From Minisyncoccota bacterium (GTDB lineage Bacteria > Patescibacteriota > Minisyncoccia > UBA6257), in NCBI GenBank assembly GCA_035385585.1, contig DAOOKJ010000002.1, positions 595 to 64,594 on the forward strand: a stretch of 64,000 bases of DNA, read 5' to 3'. The notes below the pieces were generated by a model, which was not told the DNA's origin, made no database searches, and saw only the letters and a list, made by a program, of their open reading frames with translations. Position 1 is the first letter of the stretch. Every line of letters begins with the position of its first letter. Both the position numbers and the translations under genes were made by a program. This document shows positions 29,949 to 37,406 of the stretch, one piece after another.

Positions 29949-30149
29949 TCATGCCTCCTTTTCTGACCAAGTCAATTTGATTTTGAATTCCTTACCGCAA
30001 CTGCACTTGAAAAGAACTTTCTCTTTATTTTTTAGTTCATCGATTTTAATATAATCCCATTCTCCACAATATGGGCAAGGAAAAACTATTCCTAATTCTC
30101 CCACACCCACTTCAATTTCTTTCCTTTCTTCTTCTTCTTCTTTCTCCAT
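29949..30149 (-). CDS. Small Zn-ribbon protein
   Basis: CPYCG...CSCG; SD AAGGAGGT. Confidence 0.7.
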   Translation of the reverse strand: MEKEEEEERKEIEVGVGELGIVFPCPYCGEWDYIKIDELKNKEKVLFKCSCGKEFKIKLTWSEKEA

Positions 30150-30235
30150 CTTTACCTCCTTTTAAAAAAATAAAAAAAGTTCTATAATTTTCAAAGAACT
30201 GTTTATATTTAATCACAAATTCCACCAAAAGTAAA
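30150..30235 (-). promoter_or_regulatory. Leader with boxA-like GTTCTTTGAAAA and strong SD
   Basis: Reverse complement of 30188-30199 is GTTCTTTGAAAA; SD at 30154-30160. Confidence 0.6.
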
Positions 30236-30322
30236 GAGAAAGTTCCTAGTTGCTTAATTTTTGCTTTTTTGATAAAATGATTTTACTGGATTATAAAAAC
30301 TTCAAATTTAAATTATTTCACT

Positions 30323-31417
30323 GTGTCTTATTTGGTTTTATATCGCAAATATCGTCCCCAGTATTTTAAAGAAGTCATTAACCAAAAAAATGTTATTCTA
30401 ACCCTGGCTAATGCTCTAAAAGAAAGCAAAATTTCTCACGCCTATCTTTTTGCTGGCCCACGAGGTACGGGAAAAACAACCGTTGCCAGACTCTTGGCAA
30501 AAGCCTTAAATTGCAAGAATCGCCAGCAAAACGAATTTGAACCTTGTAATAATTGCGAATCTTGTTTAGCGATAAATAAAGGCAGTTCTCTGGATTTAAC
30601 AGAAATTGACGCTGCTTCAAACAGAGGGATTGAAGATATTCGGGCTTTAAAAGAAAATGTGAAATTTCCGCCAGTAAACTCAAATTACAAAATTTTTATT
30701 ATTGATGAAGCGCACCAGATTACCAGAGACGCTTTTAACGCCCTTCTGAAAACTTTAGAAGAACCGCCGCCATATATTGTTTTTATTTTAGCAACTACTG
30801 AACCGGAAAAATTACCCGCCACCATTTTGTCGCGGGTTGAACGTTATGATTTTAAAAAATTAAATTTAGTTGATATCATTGGTCGTTTGAAATATCTTTG
30901 CGAAAAAGAAAATATCAAATATGACGAAGAAGCTTTGAGATTGATTGCCTTGTATTCTGATGGGGGATTAAGAGATGCTGAATCTTTATTGGGGCAAATT
31001 TCCTTGATTACTTCAAACAACGTTACAAAAGAAAGCGTGGAAGAATTAACCGGCGCTATAAATTTAGAAAAAATTAAAAGGTTTATAGACAGTTTAATTA
31101 AGAAAAATAAAGAAAAAGCGATTGGTTTTATCAATGAAATTTACGACCAAGGCTACGAACTGGAAATTTTTAACAGTGAAGTAATCAACTATTTAAGAAA
31201 ACTTCTTTTATTAAAAATTTCACCGAGTTTGGCTTCAATTTTAGAAAAGGAAACCACTGATGAAGAGTTATCAATTCTTTTTAAACAAGCCCAACTAATA
31301 GAATTACCGTATTTAGAAAGATTACTCAAAAGATTAGTTGAGGTTCAGTATCAAATTAAACGCTCCCCAGTAAAAATTTTACCCCTGGAACTATTTATCA
31401 GCGAAGAATTGATTTAA
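30323..31417 (+). CDS. dnaX: DNA polymerase III gamma/tau subunit (short)
   Basis: LYRKYRP, GPRGTGKTT, EIDAASNRG, IIDEAH. Confidence 0.95.
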   Translation: MSYLVLYRKYRPQYFKEVINQKNVILTLANALKESKISHAYLFAGPRGTGKTTVARLLAKALNCKNRQQNEFEPCNNCESCLAINKGSSLDLTEIDAASNRGIEDIRALKENVKFPPVNSNYKIFIIDEAHQITRDAFNALLKTLEEPPPYIVFILATTEPEKLPATILSRVERYDFKKLNLVDIIGRLKYLCEKENIKYDEEALRLIALYSDGGLRDAESLLGQISLITSNNVTKESVEELTGAINLEKIKRFIDSLIKKNKEKAIGFINEIYDQGYELEIFNSEVINYLRKLLLLKISPSLASILEKETTDEELSILFKQAQLIELPYLERLLKRLVEVQYQIKRSPVKILPLELFISEELI

Positions 31418-31423
31418 TAAAAA

Positions 31424-31494
31424 TGCGGGGTAGTGTAACGGTAGCACGTCAGGCTCTGGACCTGAAAATTCTGGTTCGAATCCAGGCCCCGCAG
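31424..31494 (+). tRNA. tRNA-Gln(CUG); CCA not encoded
   Basis: Acceptor tgcgggg/ccccgca, anticodon arm tcagg-ctCTGga-cctga, T loop ttcgaat. Confidence 0.95.
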
Positions 31495-31620
31495 CTACCC
31501 TCAGCCAAGGCTACAGAATAGGAAACTAATTTGAAAAATCTAACAATTTTTAATATAATTAAATAATGGTCGAAGATAGGTTTGTTCACCCCCGCGCAAT
31601 AAAATTAAATCAATAAAAAT

Positions 31621-32019
31621 ATGAAAGGATATTTTACTAATATAGAAAAAGATACTTTGGAAAATGAAAATTTTCGCAAAGTACTTTACACCGCCAAACA
31701 CTCTCAGTTGGTGTTAATGAGTCTAAAACCAAAAGAAGAAATCGGAATGGAGGTCCATCTTGAAAATGACCAATTCTTCCGTTTTGAAAAAGGAGAGGGG
31801 AGAGTAATTATTGACGGAAACGAATACCAAGTTTCCGATGGCTCGGCAATCGTAGTGCCAGCCGGTGCTCAGCATAACGTCATTAACCTGTCTGAAACCG
31901 ATAGTTTGAAACTATATACTATTTATTCTCCGGCTCATCACAAAGATGGAATTATTCGCAAAACAAAAGAAGAAGCAATATCCCAAGAAGCAGAATTTGA
32001 CGGAATAACAACAGAATAA
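31621..32019 (+). CDS. Cupin domain protein
   Basis: EIGMEVH...DQFFRF, VPAGAQHN. Confidence 0.9.
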   Translation: MKGYFTNIEKDTLENENFRKVLYTAKHSQLVLMSLKPKEEIGMEVHLENDQFFRFEKGEGRVIIDGNEYQVSDGSAIVVPAGAQHNVINLSETDSLKLYTIYSPAHHKDGIIRKTKEEAISQEAEFDGITTE

Positions 32020-32026
32020 ACAATTT

Positions 32027-32605
32027 ATGATTCTTTCTGACCGCGATATTCAAAAAGTAATTAAAGAAAAGAGATTGATTTTTAAGCCGGCTCTATCCAA
32101 AGACCAGATAGGGCCGGCTTCTATTGATTTAAAATTAGGCAGAATTTTTAAATCATTTAACATTTCAAAACAATCAATGTTGGACACAAAAAAAGGACTG
32201 CCAGACAAATCTTTTATTAGCACTCGGAAATTAAAAAACAATGAACCGTTTATCCTGCATCCAACAGATTTTGTTTTAGCCTCAACTAAAGAATATGTAA
32301 AAGTCAGCAACGACTTGGTCCTAAAAGTAGAAGGGAAAAGCACCTTGGCCAGAATGGGAATTTTGGTCCACACAGCTGGCTTTGTTGACCCGGGATTTGA
32401 AGGAACTTTAACTTTAGAAATTTCCAATCAGTCAAATTTACCAGTCGCCCTGTATCCAGAGATGTATATCTGTCAAATTGCCGTAGAACTTCTATCATCT
32501 CCTGCAGAAATACCTTATAATAAGCGAAAAAAGTCACTATATTCGAAATCCAAAGGACCAATAGAAAGTAAAACCCAAAACCTATTTGAAAAAAATAAAT
32601 TTTAG
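32027..32605 (+). CDS. dcd: dCTP deaminase
   Basis: MILSDRDI, PASIDL, GKSTLARMG, AGFVDPGFEG. Confidence 0.93.
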   Translation: MILSDRDIQKVIKEKRLIFKPALSKDQIGPASIDLKLGRIFKSFNISKQSMLDTKKGLPDKSFISTRKLKNNEPFILHPTDFVLASTKEYVKVSNDLVLKVEGKSTLARMGILVHTAGFVDPGFEGTLTLEISNQSNLPVALYPEMYICQIAVELLSSPAEIPYNKRKKSLYSKSKGPIESKTQNLFEKNKF

Positions 32606-32654
32606 AGTAAAATGAGTAAAAGATAAGAAAAAATTTCAAATAATAATTAATCAT

Positions 32655-32726
32655 TCCGGGGTAGTTCAGCGGTAGAACGCCTGGCTGTTAACCAGGATGT
32701 CCGAGGTTCGAATCCTCGCCCCGGAG
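32655..32726 (+). tRNA. tRNA-Asn(GUU); CCA not encoded
   Basis: Acceptor tccgggg/ccccgga, anticodon arm cctgg-ctGTTaa-ccagg, T arm cgagg-ttcgaat-cctcg. Confidence 0.96.
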
Positions 32727-32801
32727 CACTGTAGAACACTTTGAGGCTTGAAGCACCGTATCAAACGGTGTTTTCATTTTAAACATTAGCTTTTCATCCT
32801 T
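32688..32801 (-). pseudogene. Putative 3' remnant of a large serine recombinase reading into antisense tRNA-Asn (attL-like)
   Basis: KDEKLMFKMKTPFDTVLQASKCSTVLRGEDSNLGHPG*; the last 12 residues come from the tRNA antisense strand. Family call is recalled similarity only. Confidence 0.55.
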
Positions 32802-32824
32802 TCACCTCTGTTCGTGCACACTGA

Positions 32825-32976
32825 ATCCATCTATTGAACGAAACCCGAACCTATTTTAGAGAAAATCCCGACGCCGACTTTTAGTTGCCAGCCCGCCGAT
32901 GGCGGGTTGACAACTAAACCCGTCGGCTCGCGGGCAAAAAATTTCTTCACCTAAAACTCCTTTATTCTTTGCCCGC
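32825..32976 (+). other. Recombinase-tail-like fragment followed by two GC-rich hairpins
   Basis: IHLLNETRTYFRENPDADF* ends at 32884; stems at 32873-32927 and 32930-32976. Confidence 0.5.
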
Positions 32977-33037
32977 TCGCCGAAATTTCAGCCATTGCCC
33001 GCAAAGCAAGCGTAGATTTTTATTCAATGGATAGTAC

Positions 33038-33069
33038 TATTCCAATTTGGCATATTCTATTATGGAATA
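33038..33069 (+). promoter_or_regulatory. Tandem C-box-like operators
   Basis: TATTCC-N5-GGCATA and TATTCT-N5-GGAATA, 15 bp apart, upstream of the XRE gene. Confidence 0.65.
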
Positions 33070-33098
33070 TATCATAAAGGCAGAGGTAATGTCAAATT

Positions 33099-33320
33099 AT
33101 GAGTAAAACAATTTATTCAAAAGAACATAGGCATATCATTGAGCAATTAAAAAAAGCCCGTGAAGAGGCTAATTTATCGCAGGAAGAAGTCGCCAAAATT
33201 CTCGGTAAAACCCAATCTTATATTTCAAAAATTGAATCGGGGCAGCGAAAGATTGACGTTATTCAGTTAAAAGAATTTGCAAAAATTTACAAGAAAAATT
33301 TAGATTTTTTCTTAAAATAA
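33099..33320 (+). CDS. XRE-family HTH protein, probable R-M controller
   Basis: LKKAREEANLSQEEVAKILGKTQSYISKIESGQR; directly upstream of the nuclease. Confidence 0.85.
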   Translation: MSKTIYSKEHRHIIEQLKKAREEANLSQEEVAKILGKTQSYISKIESGQRKIDVIQLKEFAKIYKKNLDFFLK

Positions 33321-33323
33321 ATT

Positions 33324-33863
33324 ATGCACATAAACGAAGTAAAAACAGCAATTAAAGTCGGTGATTTCGTATTAAGAAAAGGGAGTAAAAACAAAATCAG
33401 TTTCCAGTACTCACCAAATCTTAATAAAAAAACGCTTTCCGATGACTCCGCAAGAATATATTTAATTACTCAAGACGGAATCATTAAGAAAATAGGTGGT
33501 TCAATTCAGACAGGAGGAATTAAGGGTACTATCAGTTTTTATATCGGCGCGATGACAGGAAGTCCCGGTAGGCCAAGATTTATTGTTCATTTGCTTATTG
33601 AAAAAGCTCTTAAAAGTGGTTCAAAAGTGGCTTTATATATGATTACTTCACCAAAAACATCAGCCAAAGTTAGTGGTCTATTTGAAACTAAGAAAATGAA
33701 GATCGCTAGTTTCAAAGAAATGGAGGATTTATGTAAATTTGATTACTATTCTAAAGAAAAGAAATATCCTGATTGGAACTTTCAAGAGAATCATCAACCA
33801 TATCCTCCCGAATTAGAAAGGAAGTTTATGGCTTATCACCGGAAGCGTTTGAGTAAGAAGTAA
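33324..33863 (+). CDS. Putative GIY-YIG restriction endonuclease (Hpy188I-like architecture)
   Basis: RIYLITQDGIIKKIGGS, E helix (KEMED), YPDWN; lies between a controller and a methylase. Confidence 0.6.
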   Translation: MHINEVKTAIKVGDFVLRKGSKNKISFQYSPNLNKKTLSDDSARIYLITQDGIIKKIGGSIQTGGIKGTISFYIGAMTGSPGRPRFIVHLLIEKALKSGSKVALYMITSPKTSAKVSGLFETKKMKIASFKEMEDLCKFDYYSKEKKYPDWNFQENHQPYPPELERKFMAYHRKRLSKK

Positions 33864-35405
33864 TTATTTTCTTGGTGGACCATAGATTATTATTTCGTGA
33901 GACTCTTTTACATATTTACCATTGCCATTTTTCTTTCTGTTTAGTCCTATTCTTGTTTCTCCTTGCCCCATAGTATATTGCCAACTTGGGAAAAATTGTT
34001 GAAAGTCTTTGTAATATTCTGTTATTGTTGGACAATTATTGTAGGAAAGAATAAATCCTCCTTTGTGATTTTTTAGTAAATCTCGCAGAACCTCGTGGGG
34101 AAATCCATTGTGATGAACTGGAATATTTCTCATTGGGTAAATACCTTTAAACATTTTTGAATCTTTTCCGATATAATAAGGTGGATCGCAGTAGAGAAAA
34201 TCATTGGGATATTTGGGTATTACATCTCGGAAATCTGCACATTCTACTTTTAAGTTCCCTGGTTTAAAATCTCGGATTTTCTCTATCATACTCCTATATC
34301 TTTTATCATTTAGGTAAATTTCTGATGACCAACCCATAAATCCAGGCCCATAAGAGAGGTTAAAGTTGTAGACAAAATAAACAGCCAAAGTAAGGGGATC
34401 TAGTTTTACTTTTTTCTCCCAAACATCTCTTAAAATCAACCTTATTTTTTCAAAGGTTGTTTTATTTGGTTTTAGTTCTTTCAGTTTTTCGTAGAGTAGT
34501 TTCGGCTTTTCTATTTGAAATTTCCAGTAATTGCATAGAATATCAAAAATATCAAATCCGATAACTTCTAATCCCAACTCTTTAGTCATGGCTATTTCAA
34601 TTGAACCCCCTCCAAAAAATGGAGAAATAACTCTTTTTATATTATCCGGTAATAATTCAATAACGTGCCCAACTGCCAAAGTTTTCCCTCCGGCGTATCT
34701 TATAGGAGAAAGAGCAACTCTTTTGTATTTATTTTGACTATTTAGATTTTTACTTCTTATGTGGTTCAAAAACATTTTCTTTTTGTAAGCGAGTGTTTTA
34801 TCTTGAGGAAAGTTTTCCAAATTTCTTATGATTTTAACAACTACGCCCCGTACCTCAACTTCTCTACGATAGATCGGCAGCATAGCTTGATTTGCCGGCT
34901 GTAACCTTATACGATTTTTCTCTCTATAAAGTTTCTTAAGAGTGGCTTCGTTATCGTCGATAATAGCCACCACCGTTTGGCCGTCATCGGCGGTTTCTTG
35001 CTTGCGAATTACAACAATATCGCCATCAAATATACCATCATTAATCATACTATCGCCCTGAACACGCAGGGCATAATATTTCTCATTTGGTCTTATTTCT
35101 TTTTTGGATATAGTAACTTTAGAATCAGACACTTCTATTGCTTCTATAGGTTGACCTGCAGCAATAGTCCCTACGATAGGAATTTTTACAATTTCATCAC
35201 GCTTTGTAGTATCAATAGCGCACGGTTTATTTTCTTCTTTTTCCAGATATCCTAAGTCGCGAAGTTTTGAAACATGAAAGTGAGCCGTTGAGACAGAAGA
35301 AAGCCGGAAATGTTTTGTTATTTCTTCCAAAGAGGGGGCATATCCCTTTTTGTCGGTAAAAGATTTTATAAAGTCTAAAACTTGTTTTTGACGTTTTGTC
35401 AGCAT
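33864..35405 (-). CDS. lexA: LexA repressor fused to a Dam-like (D12) N6-adenine DNA methyltransferase
   Basis: LTKRQ wHTH, AAG cleavage site, GDSM Ser, TLKK Lys; then RYAGGK, PFFGGGS, DPPY. Confidence 0.9.
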   Translation of the reverse strand: MLTKRQKQVLDFIKSFTDKKGYAPSLEEITKHFRLSSVSTAHFHVSKLRDLGYLEKEENKPCAIDTTKRDEIVKIPIVGTIAAGQPIEAIEVSDSKVTISKKEIRPNEKYYALRVQGDSMINDGIFDGDIVVIRKQETADDGQTVVAIIDDNEATLKKLYREKNRIRLQPANQAMLPIYRREVEVRGVVVKIIRNLENFPQDKTLAYKKKMFLNHIRSKNLNSQNKYKRVALSPIRYAGGKTLAVGHVIELLPDNIKRVISPFFGGGSIEIAMTKELGLEVIGFDIFDILCNYWKFQIEKPKLLYEKLKELKPNKTTFEKIRLILRDVWEKKVKLDPLTLAVYFVYNFNLSYGPGFMGWSSEIYLNDKRYRSMIEKIRDFKPGNLKVECADFRDVIPKYPNDFLYCDPPYYIGKDSKMFKGIYPMRNIPVHHNGFPHEVLRDLLKNHKGGFILSYNNCPTITEYYKDFQQFFPSWQYTMGQGETRIGLNRKKNGNGKYVKESHEIIIYGPPRK

Positions 35406-35415
35406 ACTCTTTAAC

Positions 35416-35489
35416 TTTCGATTTATTTTCGATTACACTTTAATTATAGGGAACATACCAGTCAATGTCAACAAGTTTAGTTATCCACA
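35416..35489 (-). promoter_or_regulatory. Consensus sigma70 promoter with direct-repeat operator and DnaA box
   Basis: TTGACA(35471-66)-N17-TATAAT(35448-43); TTTCGATT x2 at 35416 and 35427; TTATCCACA at 35481-35489. Confidence 0.75.
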
Positions 35490-35670
35490 GAGGGATAAAA
35501 AGCTATTGGATTTCGTAGGGTTTTCAGGATTCAACCTCACTAATCCGAAAAACAATATTCTTTTACAAGAATCGGTCGAATTGTAATTGTTTAAAGGATT
35601 AATTGTTGTTTGAAATACAACAACCTGAAATATTATTAATTAAGAACCCTGTAGGTTTGGATTAGATACC

Positions 35671-36054
35671 ATGTTTATGATACAGAAACTGAATCTCATC
35701 TGGAATGGTTATTATTCATATAATGATAGTTCCGTTGAGAGAAACGTACCTGAAAGTGCAGGCGTATACAAAATAAGTGTTTCTCAACAAGATAAAACAT
35801 TAAAAGTTCATTACGTTGGCCAAGCAGAAAACCTAAGAAAAAGATTAAAAGAACACCTCGATACTAGTAATGAACAAAATGAATGTCTTGTAGAACACAT
35901 TGAAAAATATGCCTGTAGTTATAGTTTTGCATTAGTTTCAAGACAGGAAGATAGGGATGCTGCAGAGAGAGCATTGTACATTCATTACAAACCGGAATGC
36001 AATGATCCCGATGCTATTCCTAACGTGCCTGATGTAGAAATTAATCCAAACTAA
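35671..36054 (+). CDS. Stand-alone GIY-YIG nuclease
   Basis: AGVYKI...YVGQAENLRKRLKEH...AE...KPECN. Confidence 0.85.
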   Translation: MFMIQKLNLIWNGYYSYNDSSVERNVPESAGVYKISVSQQDKTLKVHYVGQAENLRKRLKEHLDTSNEQNECLVEHIEKYACSYSFALVSRQEDRDAAERALYIHYKPECNDPDAIPNVPDVEINPN

Positions 36055-36057
36055 GGT

Positions 36058-36098
36058 AGCGGACGCTATCTGAAAAGATAGCGTCCGCTCTTTTCTTT
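36058..36098 (+). terminator. Intrinsic terminator
   Basis: 14-bp stem agcggacgctatct-gaaa-agatagcgtccgct followed by cttttcttt. Confidence 0.8.
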
Positions 36099-36114
36099 AT
36101 CTTAACATAAAAGT

Positions 36115-36273
36115 ATGTCAGAAACATCATCACATAAAAGAGTGAAAGGACACGCAGCCGGTAAAAGTGGCGAAACAGAAAAGAAAATTAAATACGGTGG
36201 ACGCATTGATGTTTTTATTTTATTTCACGCAGATTCTAATGTGATTCAGGGCACGGAGCCGTGCACCACGTAG
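36115..36273 (+). pseudogene. Truncated small basic protein gene broken at an att-like scar
   Basis: MSETSSHKRVKGHAAGKSGETEKKIKYGGRID runs into the scar sequence at about 36211. Confidence 0.45.
36220..36259 (-). mobile_element. att-like scar 1 (recombinase tail plus CGGAGC core)
   Basis: Minus strand LRALNHIRICVK*; plus strand ends in cggagc, like the tRNA-Asn 3' end. Confidence 0.6.
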
Positions 36274-36341
36274 GGTGCACGGCCATGAACCCAGCGTGGT
36301 TTATGGCTAATTTCAAAAAGCCTCTATTTATGAGGCTTTTT
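36256..36341 (+). repeat. Double-hairpin repeat plus terminator, copy 1
   Basis: gagccgtgcaccacgtagggtgcacggccatgaacccagcgtggtttatggct, then aaaaagcctc...gaggcttttt. Confidence 0.85.
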
Positions 36342-36396
36342 TATTTCTCTGGACACGTGTGGTATAATAGATAATTAAATAATATCCTATATATCT

Positions 36397-36936
36397 ATGT
36401 CTAAAAAAATAATCATTCCAATAATAGTAGTTATGGTGGGAGGATATTTAGTTTATCACCCTCCAAAAGGAATCAAGCAATCAACGGAAACGCAGAAGTT
36501 TACTCTAGATGCTAAAAATTGCACTTATCTCATTGAAGGTCAGAATATTACTTTAATAAATGGATATTCAGAAGAAGAAATTGCTTCTGGCTCTGCCTCA
36601 AAAATAATTACTAAATATTTTGGTAATGAGGCAGCAGGAGATTTTAATAACGATGGTTTTTCTGATGTAGCCTTTCTTTTAACGCAGGAGACTGGTGGGA
36701 GTGGTACTTTCTTCTATGTAGCAGTTGCCTTAGGGAGTGAGAATAAATGTCTTGGCACTAATGCTATTTTTCTTGGCGACCGAATTGCTCCCCAAACAAT
36801 CAATTTTCAAAATGGCGAAATAATTGTCAACTATGCAGATAGAAATCCAGACGAACCAATGACGGCATCTCCGTCAGTTGGGGTCTCAAAATACTTTCAT
36901 ATAAACGAAGGTCAGTTAGTTGAAATTCAAAAATAA
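36397..36936 (+). CDS. Secreted/membrane-anchored hypothetical protein
   Basis: N-terminal hydrophobic anchor; GDFNNDG, GGSGTFFY, LGDRI; own TGgTATAAT promoter. Confidence 0.85.
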   Translation: MSKKIIIPIIVVMVGGYLVYHPPKGIKQSTETQKFTLDAKNCTYLIEGQNITLINGYSEEEIASGSASKIITKYFGNEAAGDFNNDGFSDVAFLLTQETGGSGTFFYVAVALGSENKCLGTNAIFLGDRIAPQTINFQNGEIIVNYADRNPDEPMTASPSVGVSKYFHINEGQLVEIQK

Positions 36937-36938
36937 AA

Positions 36939-37023
36939 TTATAGTTGAGGAGATAAGTCAGGAATGAAAATTGCTTTTCTGTTCGTGATAAACCAGCTTA
37001 TGACTGCCTAAACCCCTGTGAGC
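36939..37023 (-). mobile_element. att-like scar 2 (longer, decayed tail)
   Basis: Minus strand LTGV*AVISWFITNRKAIFIPDLSPQL*, in the same register from the GAGC core. Confidence 0.45.
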
Positions 37024-37102
37024 CGTGCACCACGTAGGGTGCACGGGCCATGAACCCAACGTGGTTTATGGCTTTTTAAAATCGCCCAAAAGGCGATTTT
37101 TT
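37020..37102 (+). repeat. Double-hairpin repeat plus terminator, copy 2
   Basis: Near-identical to 36256-36308 (one insertion, one substitution); followed by a different terminator. Confidence 0.85.
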
Positions 37103-37406
37103 GATATAATAGGAATTCAAATGTTTTTTTGATAGATTTTGCCGCTTCTGGAAAGTTTTCCACCTTATTTTTTTGAGTAAAAAATGATACTCTATACTTA
37201 ATATGCAGTTTGAAGAGTTACTTAATCTTTATAAAGAAAAGAAAAAGCCATACAGTAAGATAAAACTAAGAAAACAATGAAATAGTCCCAATTTAAGAAA
37301 ATTCTTAAAAATTCAATAGTCAAAATGTCAAAAGTCAATGGAATGACTAAAATTTAATATGGAGGATAAAAAATATGGACGAGCAGATGACAACATAAAT
37401 TTCTCC

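Noticed and set aside
35510-36054. Group I intron or retron around the GIY-YIG gene
   Set aside because: No interrupted host gene, no recognisable catalytic core and no RT.
36256-37075. CRISPR array
   Set aside because: Only two copies, about 760 bp apart, and no cas genes.
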